From the NCBI GenBank assembly GCA_004321885.1, contig SCQK01000013.1:1-64000 (forward strand): a stretch of DNA of 64,000 nt, written 5' to 3'. The DNA comes from Patescibacteria group bacterium. GTDB taxonomy: Bacteria; Patescibacteriota; Patescibacteriia; Magasanikbacterales; GWA2-37-8. Below the pieces are notes generated by a model. The model searched no databases, was not told the DNA's origin, and worked only from the letters and a program-made list of their open reading frames with translations. Numbering within the stretch: the stretch's first letter is position 1; each line of letters starts with the position of its first letter. Of this stretch, positions 1 to 9,425 are shown in pieces. The position numbers were made by a program, and so were the translations under genes.

Positions 1-12
1 CATGGCGATTTC

Positions 13-39
13 TCGTGTAGTATGAACATACACGAGAAT
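13..39. promoter_or_regulatory. Perfect 9-bp inverted repeat (TCTCGTGTA-N9-TACACGAGA) upstream of the copper gene cluster; candidate operator
   Basis: Seen directly: tctcgtgta gtatgaaca tacacgaga. Sits about 85 bp upstream of the first ORF of a copper-handling cluster. Which regulator binds it is unknown. Confidence 0.3.
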
Positions 40-124
40 TATCCCAGAAAAAGGCGAAATAAGCTCTTACTTTAGCATAATTCACTGCCTAGCTTTCAAC
101 CGAATTAATTTAATCATCCCTAAT

Positions 125-628
125 ATGAGCAACAAAGCATTCCGCGCGAAAAAAATCAAAAGCGGGGCCTGGTTCGTGTTCGCCGGGCTGGTCTTGGCGG
201 CACTTATCTGGCTGGCCGCGTCTTCGGGTGGCGGTTCCGTGGCCTCGGGCAATCCGCGCGCGGAAATTACCCCGGCCGAAATTGACGCCGGTACAGTTTC
301 CATGGCCGCGGGCAAAATCACTAAGACATTCACGGTTAAAAATGCCGGCACCGGCGACCTGGTCATAGACAACGTCTGGACCTCTTGCCATTGCACCACC
401 GCCTATTTAATTATAGACGGCAAAAAAAGCTCGCGCTTTGGCATGGACAAAATGTCCACTTTCCAGAAAATCGGCGCCGGCAAAACCGCCGAACTGGAGG
501 TGGTGTTTGACCCGGCTTATCACGGGCGCGACGCCATCGGCGCGGTTAATCGCATAGTCTATTTATCCACTAACGATTCCACCAATAAAGTCGCGCAAGC
601 GGTTTTATTGGCCAACGTCACACGTTAA
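125..628 (+). CDS. DUF1573-like membrane-anchored protein (N-terminal TM helix, conserved TSCxCT motif)
   Basis: ORF track gives 167 aa. N-terminal hydrophobic helix. The 'WTSCHCTT' motif resembles the TSCGCT signature of DUF1573. Lies upstream of the copper module. Confidence 0.5.
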   Translation: MSNKAFRAKKIKSGAWFVFAGLVLAALIWLAASSGGGSVASGNPRAEITPAEIDAGTVSMAAGKITKTFTVKNAGTGDLVIDNVWTSCHCTTAYLIIDGKKSSRFGMDKMSTFQKIGAGKTAELEVVFDPAYHGRDAIGAVNRIVYLSTNDSTNKVAQAVLLANVTR

Positions 629-691
629 TCAGCTTGCCATTCCGGTCCCGCCTGCCCGCCTCTGGCGGGAGCCGGAATCCAGGTTCGTCTT

Positions 692-868
692 ATGTTCAAA
701 GATTGGTTCAGGCCAAAATGCCCTGTCTGCCAGATGAAAATCAGCAGCCAGTTTGTGGAGGATATGGGTCAAAAATTTTGTTCCACGGCCTGCCGCGACC
801 AGTACAAAGAGCAGATGCAAAAGGCGCGGCACGAGGGCGGGGGCGGCTGCTGCTCATCGCATCAATGA
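692..868 (+). CDS. Small YHS/TRASH-type metal-binding zinc-ribbon protein (58 aa), missing from the ORF track
   Basis: My own translation: [62 protein letters not shown]...FCSTAC is the TRASH/YHS pattern and there is a C-terminal CC tail. Its TGA stop overlaps the ATG of the next gene (ATGA). It lies in a different frame from the spurious N-terminus of ORF 634..1896. Confidence 0.55.
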   Translation: MFKDWFRPKCPVCQMKISSQFVEDMGQKFCSTACRDQYKEQMQKARHEGGGGCCSSHQ

Positions 869-1896
869 GATTTTTTAGCCGGCAAAAAAGGCATATCCTG
901 TGGGGCGTTCTCGGGGGCGTCTTGCTTTTAATTTTCTATTTCGCGGTTTTGTCCATAGCCAATGATTTTGCTCACGCGCTTGCCGAATTCCGGCGCCTGT
1001 GGCCGTGGATTTTCTCTCTGGCCGCGGGCTTTGGCGCCCAGGCCGGCCTTTATTCATTTATTAAAACCAGTCTGCGCGAATGCGCCCGCGGCCAAGCGAC
1101 CGGCGTGGCGGCCGGCGCCGGTATTTCGGGCCTATCCATGGCCGCGTGTTGCGCCCATCACCTAACCGACATATTGCCCGGGGTCTTTGGCCTTTCCATT
1201 GCCTCGTCTTTTCTGGTACAATACCAAATGCCCTTCATCTACCTCGGCGTTGGTTCAAACATCCTGGGCATTTTGCATTTTTTGAATTTAATCAAAAGAC
1301 ATTCGCTGTTCGGCGAAAATAAATACCCTTTCTCGTCCTCCCCCTTATTAAGGGGGAGGGAGGTAGGGGTAAATCCTATGCGAAAATTAGCCTACATAGC
1401 CGCCGCGGTTTTGCTGGCGGTTCTCGTTGTTTCTTTCGGCTGGATTAGGGTGAAAGGGCCTGTCGCCGAATACGTTAATGGTATTCGGCGACAGGCCATA
1501 AAATCAAAAAATAATTCAGGCGCGGCTCCGGTTGCGGCGCCGTCTGCGCCAGAGCAAAGCGAGACAGGCGCGCAGTTTGAAACAAAATCAAACGAGGGCG
1601 GGGGACTGTCGGTGGACGCCGCGCCCGTCAGCCTAAGTATGGGGTATCCAACACAAATCAAACTGACTTTTAACACGCATCAGGGCGATTTGAATTTTAA
1701 CCTGCTCATGCAGGCCGCGCTGTTTGACGACAGCGGACGCGTCTACCGTCCGGCGCGCTGGCTGGGAGAAGCAGGCGGCCATCACCTTGAAGGCAGTTTG
1801 GTTTTTCCCCCGCTTAATCCGGGCGTGAAAAAAATTATGCTCAAACTTTTTGACATTTACGACGTGAAAGAACGGGCGTTTGAGTGGAATATATAA
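865..1896 (+). CDS. Membrane protein (multi-TM N-terminal half with a CCAHH motif, then TM-anchored extracytoplasmic beta-rich half); possibly two fused genes
   Basis: ATG at 865 overlaps the stop of the YHS peptide. The ORF continues in frame to 1896. An in-frame GC-rich palindromic repeat (1336-1376) is followed by an SD-spaced ATG at 1378 that begins a new TM helix ([13 protein letters not shown]...). Coupled to copA. Confidence 0.45.
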   Translation: MRFFSRQKRHILWGVLGGVLLLIFYFAVLSIANDFAHALAEFRRLWPWIFSLAAGFGAQAGLYSFIKTSLRECARGQATGVAAGAGISGLSMAACCAHHLTDILPGVFGLSIASSFLVQYQMPFIYLGVGSNILGILHFLNLIKRHSLFGENKYPFSSSPLLRGREVGVNPMRKLAYIAAAVLLAVLVVSFGWIRVKGPVAEYVNGIRRQAIKSKNNSGAAPVAAPSAPEQSETGAQFETKSNEGGGLSVDAAPVSLSMGYPTQIKLTFNTHQGDLNFNLLMQAALFDDSGRVYRPARWLGEAGGHHLEGSLVFPPLNPGVKKIMLKLFDIYDVKERAFEWNI

Positions 1897-1927
1897 AGTC
1901 TGGACCAAAGCTTACTTACTCCAAATT

Positions 1928-4324
1928 ATGAGAATCACGATTCTCAAAATTTCCGGAATGCACTGCGCCTCGTGCGCCAACACCATTGAACGCGCGTTGA
2001 AAAAAATGCCCGGCGTTAGTTTGGCGCAAGTCAACTTTGTGACCGAAAAGGTAAAAATTGAATTTGACCCAACGCGTTCCACAGAGGAAGATTTCGTCAG
2101 CGCCATTAAACGTTTGGGATACGGCGCCGAGATTGACCACGTTGCCATGGGCCACACAGCGCACGGCGAACAGGCGCCGGACCAGCACGTCGGCCATCGC
2201 GCCATGCCAGGTCCGGCGCATCATGACCATGGCGCCGCGCCTCAATGGCGGAATAAATTTTTTTGGAGCCTGGGCCTGTCTCTGCCCCTGTTCTATTTCA
2301 TGCTGATGCTGTTTTTTGAAATGCCCGCGTCCGGCTTCCTGCGGCCCTATGTGCCGCTCATCTCTTTTATTTTAACCACGCCGGTACAGTTTATTATCGG
2401 CGCCGGTTTTTATCGCAGCGCCTATTTTGCCCTGCGGCGCAAAGCATTTGACATGGACAGTCTCATCGCCATCGGCACCACGGCCGCTTATATCTACAGT
2501 GTGGTAAATTTTGTAAAATATATTTCCGTTTCCGGTTCAATATTGCTCAAAGACGTTCAACTTTCTGAATTATATTTTGAAACCGCCGCCTTTTTGATAA
2601 CCTTCGTTGCGCTGGGCAAGTGGCTGGAGGCCAGGGCCAAAGGCCGCACCTCGGACGCGATACGCAAACTAATCGGGCTAAAACCCAAGACAGCGCGCGT
2701 GAAAAGAAACGGGGAAACTGTTGATATCCCGGCGGACCAAGTGAGGGTCGGCGACATTATCATCGTGCGGCCGGGCGAAAAAATTCCCACTGACGGCCAG
2801 GTCACGAGCGGTTATTCGTCCGTGGACGAATCAATGGTGACGGGTGAGAGCATTCCGGTGGAAAAAAAAGACAATGACCAGGTCATCGGAGCGACCATAA
2901 ACAAAACCGGCAGTTTTGAATTTAAAGCCACTAAAGTCGGCAGTGAAACCGTGCTGGCCCAGATAATCAAATTCATAGAAGACGCGCAGAATTCCAAGGC
3001 GCCGATACAAGCGGTGGCCGATCGGATTTCGGCCTGGTTTGTGCCGGCGGTTATTTTAACCGCTGTGCTTACTTACGGAATTTGGTTTTTTGGTTTTGGC
3101 GCCGGTTGGTCATATAGCCTGATGGCGTTCACGGCCGTGCTGGTCATCGCCTGCCCGTGCGCCCTGGGACTGGCCACGCCCACGGCCATTATGGTGGGCA
3201 CGGGCAAGGGCGCCGAATATGGCATTTTAATAAAGGGCGGCGAACCATTGGAGGCGGCGCAAAAAATTCAGGCGATTGTTTTTGACAAAACCGGCACATT
3301 GACAAAAGGCCAGCCGGAAGTGACAGACATCATCGCCCTGCCAGATGTCAAACTATCAAATGACCAAATTCTTCAGCTGGCCGCGTCAATAGAATTTAAG
3401 TCAGAACATCCGCTGGCCGACGCTGTCGTTAAAAAAGCCAAAGAAAAAAATCTGCCGCTGTTGGAAATTCAAGAATTCAAAACAATCCCTGGGCATGGCG
3501 TAATAAGCGAAATCAGTGGACAAAAAATTCTTCTGGGAAATCGTAAGCTATTGACTGATAATAATTTAGCCGTTCAGCAAATAAACAATGATGCCGCGGA
3601 AAGACTGGAAAAAGACGGGAAAACAGTAATATTTTTAGCGGCCGGCAATGAGCTGGCCGGCCTCATCGCCGTGGCCGATACGTTAAAGGATGGCTCGGCC
3701 GAGGCCGTGGCGCGTCTCGCCAAAAAAGGCGTTGACATATATATGCTCACGGGCGACAATCAGCGCACGGCCGAGGCCATCGCCCGCCAAGCCGGCATAA
3801 AAAATATACTGGCTGAGGTCCTGCCACAAGACAAGGCCGAAGAGATAAAAAAATTACAGCAACGCGGGTTTAAGGTCGCCATGGTCGGCGACGGCATCAA
3901 CGACGCGCCGGCCCTGGCCCAGGCTGATTTGGGCATTGCCATGGGCAGTGGAACCGATATTGCTATGGAAACCGGCGGCATTGTCATGGTGAAAAATAAT
4001 TTGCAGGATGTTTTGACAGCCATTGATTTGAGCCGCCAGACCATGGCTAAAATCAGGCAGAACTTGTTTTTCGCCCTGTTTTATAATGTCGCTGGCATAC
4101 CCATCGCGGCGCGCGCTTTTGCCGCGTTCGGATTCGTGCTGCGGCCCGAGCTGGCCGGGCTGGCCATGGCGCTGTCTTCGGTTTCGGTGGTCGGCAATTC
4201 TCTGCTTCTGCGCCGCTTTAGGCCCGGCCGCTCAAATTGGCTGTCGTTGGTCGCGCCGATAGTTATGACAGCCGTCTTTATTCTATTATTCCTGCTGTTC
4301 GCCCGCTGGAGCGCCAAGATGTAA
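1928..4324 (+). CDS. copA: Copper-translocating P1B-type ATPase
   Basis: N-terminal HMA domain (GMHCASCA), His-rich linker, CPC motif (ACPCALG), DKTGTLT phosphorylation site, GDGINDAP hinge. The ATG at 1928 precedes the HMA domain. Confidence 0.9.
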   Translation: MRITILKISGMHCASCANTIERALKKMPGVSLAQVNFVTEKVKIEFDPTRSTEEDFVSAIKRLGYGAEIDHVAMGHTAHGEQAPDQHVGHRAMPGPAHHDHGAAPQWRNKFFWSLGLSLPLFYFMLMLFFEMPASGFLRPYVPLISFILTTPVQFIIGAGFYRSAYFALRRKAFDMDSLIAIGTTAAYIYSVVNFVKYISVSGSILLKDVQLSELYFETAAFLITFVALGKWLEARAKGRTSDAIRKLIGLKPKTARVKRNGETVDIPADQVRVGDIIIVRPGEKIPTDGQVTSGYSSVDESMVTGESIPVEKKDNDQVIGATINKTGSFEFKATKVGSETVLAQIIKFIEDAQNSKAPIQAVADRISAWFVPAVILTAVLTYGIWFFGFGAGWSYSLMAFTAVLVIACPCALGLATPTAIMVGTGKGAEYGILIKGGEPLEAAQKIQAIVFDKTGTLTKGQPEVTDIIALPDVKLSNDQILQLAASIEFKSEHPLADAVVKKAKEKNLPLLEIQEFKTIPGHGVISEISGQKILLGNRKLLTDNNLAVQQINNDAAERLEKDGKTVIFLAAGNELAGLIAVADTLKDGSAEAVARLAKKGVDIYMLTGDNQRTAEAIARQAGIKNILAEVLPQDKAEEIKKLQQRGFKVAMVGDGINDAPALAQADLGIAMGSGTDIAMETGGIVMVKNNLQDVLTAIDLSRQTMAKIRQNLFFALFYNVAGIPIAARAFAAFGFVLRPELAGLAMALSSVSVVGNSLLLRRFRPGRSNWLSLVAPIVMTAVFILLFLLFARWSAKM

Positions 4325-4325
4325 T

Positions 4326-5462
4326 ATGGATTTGCTTTTACATTTGGATGAAATTTTTCTCAAGGGCAAAAATCAAAATTTTTTCATCAGAAAGCTGACG
4401 CAAAATTTGGAAAGCCTGTTCAAGAAAACAAAAGCCGCCCGCGTGGAGGGCGGCATTATTTTGCGTAATTTTTCAGAGGGCGAAATGGCCCGCTTGTCTT
4501 TGGTTCCTGGCATTGCCAATTTCGCGCCGGCGCTGGTGGTTGGTTCGGAGCCGGAGAATATACAAAAGGGAATTAATGAGTTGATTGGCTCATTGTCATT
4601 CAGCAAAAAAACAAAATTTCGCGTTTCGGCCGAGCGCTCGTTTAAGCAGTATCCGTTCACTTCGGCGCAGATGCAAGACAGACTCGGCGATTATATCAGA
4701 AAAAAAACCGGCTGGGGCGTTGCCCTTAAAAATTTTGACGTTGAAATTTGCGTTTCCGTCGGCAAGGACCGGGCGCTGATTTACGCCAACCCGCGGCCCG
4801 GAGCCGGGGGCCTGCCCACCGGTAGTTCGGGCAAAATTTTGTGCCTGCTTTCTGGCGGCTTGGACAGCCCGGTGGCGGCGTATAAGATGATGAAGCGAGG
4901 AGCCGAGGTCGTTCTCATTCATTTTCAAAATCAAACAGCGGCCGACAAAGAAGTAGGCCAAAAAATCATGGACCTCGCGAACGTTTTGTCGCGCTACCAG
5001 CCGCGGGTGAAACTTTTTATGGCGCCATTCGCGAATTTACAGAAAGAAGTGATTATGAAAGTGCCGAGCCAATACCGCATGCTGGCCACGCGGCGGCTAT
5101 TTAACAAAATAGCCGAGCGAATCGCCCGCCAGGAGGGTTGTCTGGCGCTGGCCACCGGCGACAGTCTGGGGCAGGTGGCCTCGCAAACATTGGAAAATCT
5201 TAATGTCATCAATTCAAGCCTAAATTTGCTTTCGCTCGCTCCGCTCATCGGCGAAAATAAATCGGAAATCACGGCCCTGGCGCGGAAAATCAGCACCTTT
5301 GATATTTCCATCCGGCCGTACGAGGATTGCTGTAGTTTATTCGTGGCCAAGCACCCGGAAACCAAGGCACGCTTGAAAGATATTTTACAATACGAGAAAG
5401 GCATAAACCTTGACGCGCTTGACACCAAACAAATTATATCATACTATATTGGTAAGAATTGA
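4326..5462 (+). CDS. thiI: tRNA 4-thiouridine synthase ThiI (THUMP + PP-loop)
   Basis: PP-loop 'LLSGGLDSPVAAY'. ThiI-like length and domain order. Confidence 0.8.
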   Translation: MDLLLHLDEIFLKGKNQNFFIRKLTQNLESLFKKTKAARVEGGIILRNFSEGEMARLSLVPGIANFAPALVVGSEPENIQKGINELIGSLSFSKKTKFRVSAERSFKQYPFTSAQMQDRLGDYIRKKTGWGVALKNFDVEICVSVGKDRALIYANPRPGAGGLPTGSSGKILCLLSGGLDSPVAAYKMMKRGAEVVLIHFQNQTAADKEVGQKIMDLANVLSRYQPRVKLFMAPFANLQKEVIMKVPSQYRMLATRRLFNKIAERIARQEGCLALATGDSLGQVASQTLENLNVINSSLNLLSLAPLIGENKSEITALARKISTFDISIRPYEDCCSLFVAKHPETKARLKDILQYEKGINLDALDTKQIISYYIGKN

Positions 5463-5463
5463 T

Positions 5464-6048
5464 ATGTCCAATGAAATAGTCTTTGACATAGAAACGCAAA
5501 ACATCTTCGCCGACGTGGACAATGATTTTAAGCGTCTGAAAATTTCGGTTGTATCCATTTACCGATACGACGGCGACAAATATCAGAGCTTCACCGAAAG
5601 CGAGCTGAAAGACTTGTGGCCGCTCCTGGAAAAAGCCGACCGCATTATCGGCTATAACAGCGAGCACTTTGACTTGCCGATTCTAAACAATTACTATTTG
5701 GGCGACCTGTCCAAACTGCCGCATCTGGATATTATGAAAAAAATAAAAGAGGCGGTGGGGGTGCGCCTGAAGCTGGCCGATGTGGCGCAAGCCACCCTTG
5801 ACAATATAGCCAAGAGCGCCGACGGGCTGGCGGCCATTCGCTGGTGGCGCGAGGGCAAAATTGACGAAATAAAAAAATATTGCGAGCAGGACGTACGGGT
5901 GACAAAAGAATTGTACGAATTTGGGAAAAACAACCGCCAGCTATTTTACAAAACATTAACCGGAGAGATTACGCCCTTCGCGGTGGATTTCTCGCCGACG
6001 AAGACGGTCGCGGCAAACAAGAATATTAATTTAACCCTGCCTCTATGA
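5464..6048 (+). CDS. DEDDy-type 3'-5' exonuclease (RNase H-like fold)
   Basis: Exo I 'FDIETQN', Exo II 'YNSEHFDLPIL', Exo III 'YCEQDVRVT'. ATG at 5464 directly follows the thiI stop. Confidence 0.65.
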   Translation: MSNEIVFDIETQNIFADVDNDFKRLKISVVSIYRYDGDKYQSFTESELKDLWPLLEKADRIIGYNSEHFDLPILNNYYLGDLSKLPHLDIMKKIKEAVGVRLKLADVAQATLDNIAKSADGLAAIRWWREGKIDEIKKYCEQDVRVTKELYEFGKNNRQLFYKTLTGEITPFAVDFSPTKTVAANKNINLTLPL

Positions 6049-6440
6049 TCGGTCTAAAAAGGGAAACGGACTACGCCATACAGCTACTCAATTTTTTGGC
6101 GGCAAAAAAAAAGGGCTTCAGCAGTCTAAAAAAGTTCGCCGACATTTCGGGGATTTCTTTTTGGTTTTTACAAAAAATAGCGCGTAAACTAAGCCTGGCC
6201 GGAATGATAACAGCCGGGCAGGGGATAAAGGGCGGCTACAAATTAAAGTCGGCCAAAAATCTAAACCTGCTGGAAGTGATTAAAGCGATGGAGGGCAGGG
6301 TGGTTTTTGCGCCCTGCCTATGTGAAGACGCGGTTGACTGCGCCGGTAAGAATCGAAAATGCTTCACGAAAGCCGTCTCGGCCAAAATCAATAAAGGTAT
6401 GGTAAAGATGCTGCGGGGAGTGAACATCTATGCTGCCTAA
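6045..6440 (+). CDS. Rrf2-family transcriptional regulator (IscR-like)
   Basis: N-terminal wHTH 'TDYAIQLLNFLA...FSSLKKFADISGISFWFLQKIARKLSLAGMITAGQGIKGGYKL' and a C-terminal Cys cluster. Heads the Fe-S assembly genes. Confidence 0.75.
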   Translation: MIGLKRETDYAIQLLNFLAAKKKGFSSLKKFADISGISFWFLQKIARKLSLAGMITAGQGIKGGYKLKSAKNLNLLEVIKAMEGRVVFAPCLCEDAVDCAGKNRKCFTKAVSAKINKGMVKMLRGVNIYAA

Positions 6441-7665
6441 ACCGAAAAAAAACCGCAACGTATATCTGGACCACGCCGCCACCACGGCTATGGACGAGCG
6501 CGTGCTAAAAGCCATGCGTCCGTATTTTTTGGAGCAATTTGGCAATCCTTCCTCGCTGTACAATCTGGGCAGAACAGCGAACCGCGCTTTGGCATCGGCG
6601 CGGGCAACCATCTCTGCGGCGCTTCACGCTTTGCCGGAAAATATTATTTTCACGAGCGGAGGCACCGAGTCGGACAACTTGGCCATTTACGGCATAGCCC
6701 GCGCGCATCAGAGCCGCGGCCAACACATTATCTCCACGCTGATTGAGCATCATGCTGTTTTAGGTCCGCTGGCAGATTTAAAAAAAGACGGCTGGGACAT
6801 AACCTATGCCGGCGTGAATAAAGAAGGGTTTGTAAGCGCCGATGAAATTATTAAAAAAATTCGCAAAGACACGACGTTGGTTTCCGTGATGTACGGCAAC
6901 AACGAAGTAGGTTCTATTCAGCCCATTGCCGAAATCGGACGCGCTATTTTGAAATACCGAAAGGAAAATAACACGGCTTACCCGTATTTTCACACCGATG
7001 CCTGCCAGGCCGCCGGCGCCCTAACTTTGGACGTGGAAAAATTACATGTTGACCTGATGACGATTAACGGCAGTAAAATTTACGGCCCAAAGGGGGCGGG
7101 GATTTTGTACTTGCGCCGCGGCGTAAAAATCAAACCCATGATTTTGGGCGGGGGCCAGGAAAAACGGACGCGCTCCGGCACTGAGAACGTGCCCGCCATT
7201 ATCGGACTGGCCGAGGCGCTGAAGCTGGCGCAAGCGGACCGGATTAAAGAAGGCGACAAACAAAAAAAATTATGCTCTATGCTTTGGAATGAAATTCAGA
7301 AAAAAATTCCCAAGGTGAAATTGAACGGGCCGGAAATAGGGGACGGGCGCCTGCCCAATAATTTGAACGTTACTTTTATGGATGTGGAGGGCGAAGCGCT
7401 TTTGCTGTACCTGGACGAATACGGCGTGATGTGCTCCACTGGTTCGGCCTGCACCTCGGAATCGCTGGAGCCATCGCATGTGCTGATGGCCATGGGACTG
7501 CCCTACGAGTATGCCCACGGCAGTTTGCGCTTTACTTTCGGGCGGGAAAACAGCCTGGCGGACGTGACGTATCTGATGAAATATCTGCCGGCGATTGTGG
7601 AGCAGTTGCGCGAGCTGTCGCCGGTGAGCATCGGGTTCAAACAGCACGCGAAATACAAGAAATAA
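6430..7665 (+). CDS. iscS: Cysteine desulfurase (IscS/NifS class)
   Basis: PLP-lysine region 'INGSKIYGPKGAGILY' and catalytic-Cys loop 'SACTSES'. Confidence 0.85.
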   Translation: MLPKPKKNRNVYLDHAATTAMDERVLKAMRPYFLEQFGNPSSLYNLGRTANRALASARATISAALHALPENIIFTSGGTESDNLAIYGIARAHQSRGQHIISTLIEHHAVLGPLADLKKDGWDITYAGVNKEGFVSADEIIKKIRKDTTLVSVMYGNNEVGSIQPIAEIGRAILKYRKENNTAYPYFHTDACQAAGALTLDVEKLHVDLMTINGSKIYGPKGAGILYLRRGVKIKPMILGGGQEKRTRSGTENVPAIIGLAEALKLAQADRIKEGDKQKKLCSMLWNEIQKKIPKVKLNGPEIGDGRLPNNLNVTFMDVEGEALLLYLDEYGVMCSTGSACTSESLEPSHVLMAMGLPYEYAHGSLRFTFGRENSLADVTYLMKYLPAIVEQLRELSPVSIGFKQHAKYKK

Positions 7666-7682
7666 ATGTTAAAATCCAAATT

Positions 7683-7765
7683 TCCAATGTCAAATCAATA
7701 TTAAATTTCCAATGTCCAATTTGGACATTGGACATTGATTGAAAATTGGTCATTGGGATTTGAAA
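7683..7765. promoter_or_regulatory. Array of five CAATGTC/GACATTG half-sites including a perfect palindrome CCAATGTCC-N5-GGACATTGG; putative operator upstream of nifU
   Basis: Seen directly: 'tttccaatgtcaaatcaat...tttccaatgtccaatttggacattggacattgattga...ggtcattgg'. Lies between iscS and the nifU-like gene, downstream of the Rrf2 regulator. Confidence 0.45.
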
Positions 7766-7777
7766 ATTTAAAATTTT

Positions 7778-8455
7778 ATGTCTAAAAAAGTAAAGAAAAC
7801 TGATGATTTATCTGAACCAGTAGATATCCGCTCAAGTAGTGGGGGTGGCTGGCTGTATTCCGATGTCGTGAAAGACCACTTTTTTAATCCGCGTAATTTT
7901 ATGCAATATGACGAGGAGGAAAAGTTTGAGTATAATGGTATGGGGCGGGTGGGTTCGCCGGCCTGCGGCGACGAGATGGTGATGTGGCTGAAAATAAACC
8001 CGCAAACGGAAAAAATCACAGACTGCCGCTGGCGTACGTTTGGCTGCGGCTCGGCCATCGCCTCCACCTCGGTACTCTCCGAGATGTTGGTGGAAAAAGG
8101 CGGTATGCCGATAGACGAGGCGCTCAAATTAAAACCCCAGGATATTTTGGCGCGTTTGGGCGGTTTGCCCGACCGCAAGGTGCACTGCTCGGTGCTTGGG
8201 GATAAAGCCCTGCAGGCGGCTGTCAATGATTATTTCCGCCGCACCGGCCAGCACGCGCGCGTGCTCACGGCCGGAGCCAAGGTGATTGACGCGGCTTTGA
8301 ATGTTACGGACAAAGATATAGAGGAAGCAGTTTTGGAGGGGGCGCGGGTTTTGGAAGATGTGCAGAAGAAATTAAAAGTGGGGGTGTTTAACAAAGAATC
8401 GGTGCCGCAGATAGAAGAGCTCTTACGGTTTTATACGGAGAAATATTACGGATAA
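7778..8455 (+). CDS. NifU/IscU-like Fe-S scaffold protein with C-terminal extension
   Basis: Scaffold cysteines in 'SPACGDEMVMWL', 'FGCGSAIASTS' and 'HCSVLGDKA'. Confidence 0.75.
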   Translation: MSKKVKKTDDLSEPVDIRSSSGGGWLYSDVVKDHFFNPRNFMQYDEEEKFEYNGMGRVGSPACGDEMVMWLKINPQTEKITDCRWRTFGCGSAIASTSVLSEMLVEKGGMPIDEALKLKPQDILARLGGLPDRKVHCSVLGDKALQAAVNDYFRRTGQHARVLTAGAKVIDAALNVTDKDIEEAVLEGARVLEDVQKKLKVGVFNKESVPQIEELLRFYTEKYYG

Positions 8456-8467
8456 AATCCTGCTGGC

Positions 8468-8674
8468 TTGATATTACATTATATGATTCCACAAATAGAC
8501 GAGGAAAAATGTATTGGCTGCGGCACGTGTCCGGCGCTGGCGCCCGGCACTTTTCGCATGCGTGACGATAACAAGGCCGAGGTGTATAATGAAAAAGGGG
8601 ACGAGGACGAGGCGATAAAAATGGCCGCCGAAGCCTGCCCCACCCAAGCAATTTTAATTCTCCCTCCACTTTAG
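8468..8674 (+). CDS. 4Fe-4S ferredoxin (single cluster)
   Basis: 'CIGCGTCPALAP...EACP'. The real start may be the internal Met at 8483. Confidence 0.65.
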   Translation: MILHYMIPQIDEEKCIGCGTCPALAPGTFRMRDDNKAEVYNEKGDEDEAIKMAAEACPTQAILILPPL

Positions 8675-8698
8675 AAGGGGAGGGATAAACATTATTAT

Positions 8699-9424
8699 AT
8701 GTCGGAAAATAAAAATCCCTTGTTATCGTTGGCTTTGATTTTAGGCGCCAGCTTAATCATCAGCGCCATTATCGGCGGCGTCAGTTTTTATAAGGTGCGT
8801 TCGCTGGACAACACCCTGGCCATGACCGGCTCGGCCAAAAAAGCCGTGCGTTCGGACAAGGTAAAATGGCGCGCCAATTTTACCCGCGTGGCCCTGGTGG
8901 ATAACCTGAAAACCGGTTACACCCAGATGAAAACCGACCAAGCCGCGGTGGCGAAATTTTTCAGAGACAGCGGTATTGCGGATAAAAATATCAGCATCTC
9001 GGCCGTGCTTATGGACCAGAATTACAAATACAATTACAGCGGGCCAGCCGAATACACCCTGCGCCAAAATGTTGACATAGAATCCGATGACGTGGATAAA
9101 ATTACCAAATTGACGAAAAACATCCAGAGCTTGATTGACCAGGGCGTAATTTTCTCCACCCTGAACGTGGAATATTATTATTCCAAACTGCCCGAACTGC
9201 GCGTGGAGCTTTTGGGCGAGGCGGTCAAAGACGCGCAGGCGCGGGGAAGTAAAATTGCCGAATCCAGCGGTAAGCGCTTGGGGGCTTTGAAGTCGGCCAG
9301 CGGGGGGGTGGTGCAGGTTTTAGCCCCAAATTCCACGGACGTATCCGACTACGGAGCCTATGACACGGCTACAATAGAAAAGGAAGTGATGGTAGCGGTC
9401 CGCGCGACATTTGTAATCAAATAA
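8699..9424 (+). CDS. SIMPL-domain (DUF541) protein with N-terminal TM anchor
   Basis: Length and pattern are typical of SIMPL/YggE-like proteins. Preceded by a repeat-element SD hairpin. Confidence 0.5.
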   Translation: MSENKNPLLSLALILGASLIISAIIGGVSFYKVRSLDNTLAMTGSAKKAVRSDKVKWRANFTRVALVDNLKTGYTQMKTDQAAVAKFFRDSGIADKNISISAVLMDQNYKYNYSGPAEYTLRQNVDIESDDVDKITKLTKNIQSLIDQGVIFSTLNVEYYYSKLPELRVELLGEAVKDAQARGSKIAESSGKRLGALKSASGGVVQVLAPNSTDVSDYGAYDTATIEKEVMVAVRATFVIK

Positions 9425-9425
9425 C

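Noticed and set aside
82-399. Minus-strand ORFs 82..399 and 110..391 antisense to the DUF1573 gene
   Set aside because: They lie entirely inside a plus-strand gene with clear TM and motif structure. No start context. Typical antisense open frames in GC-rich DNA.
634-864. N-terminal 77 codons of ORF 634..1896 (MPFRSRLPASGG...)
   Set aside because: Arg/Gly/Pro-rich and low-complexity. It overlaps, out of frame, a much more convincing YHS/TRASH mini-ORF (692-868). The membrane protein has a clean ATG at 865 coupled to that ORF's stop.
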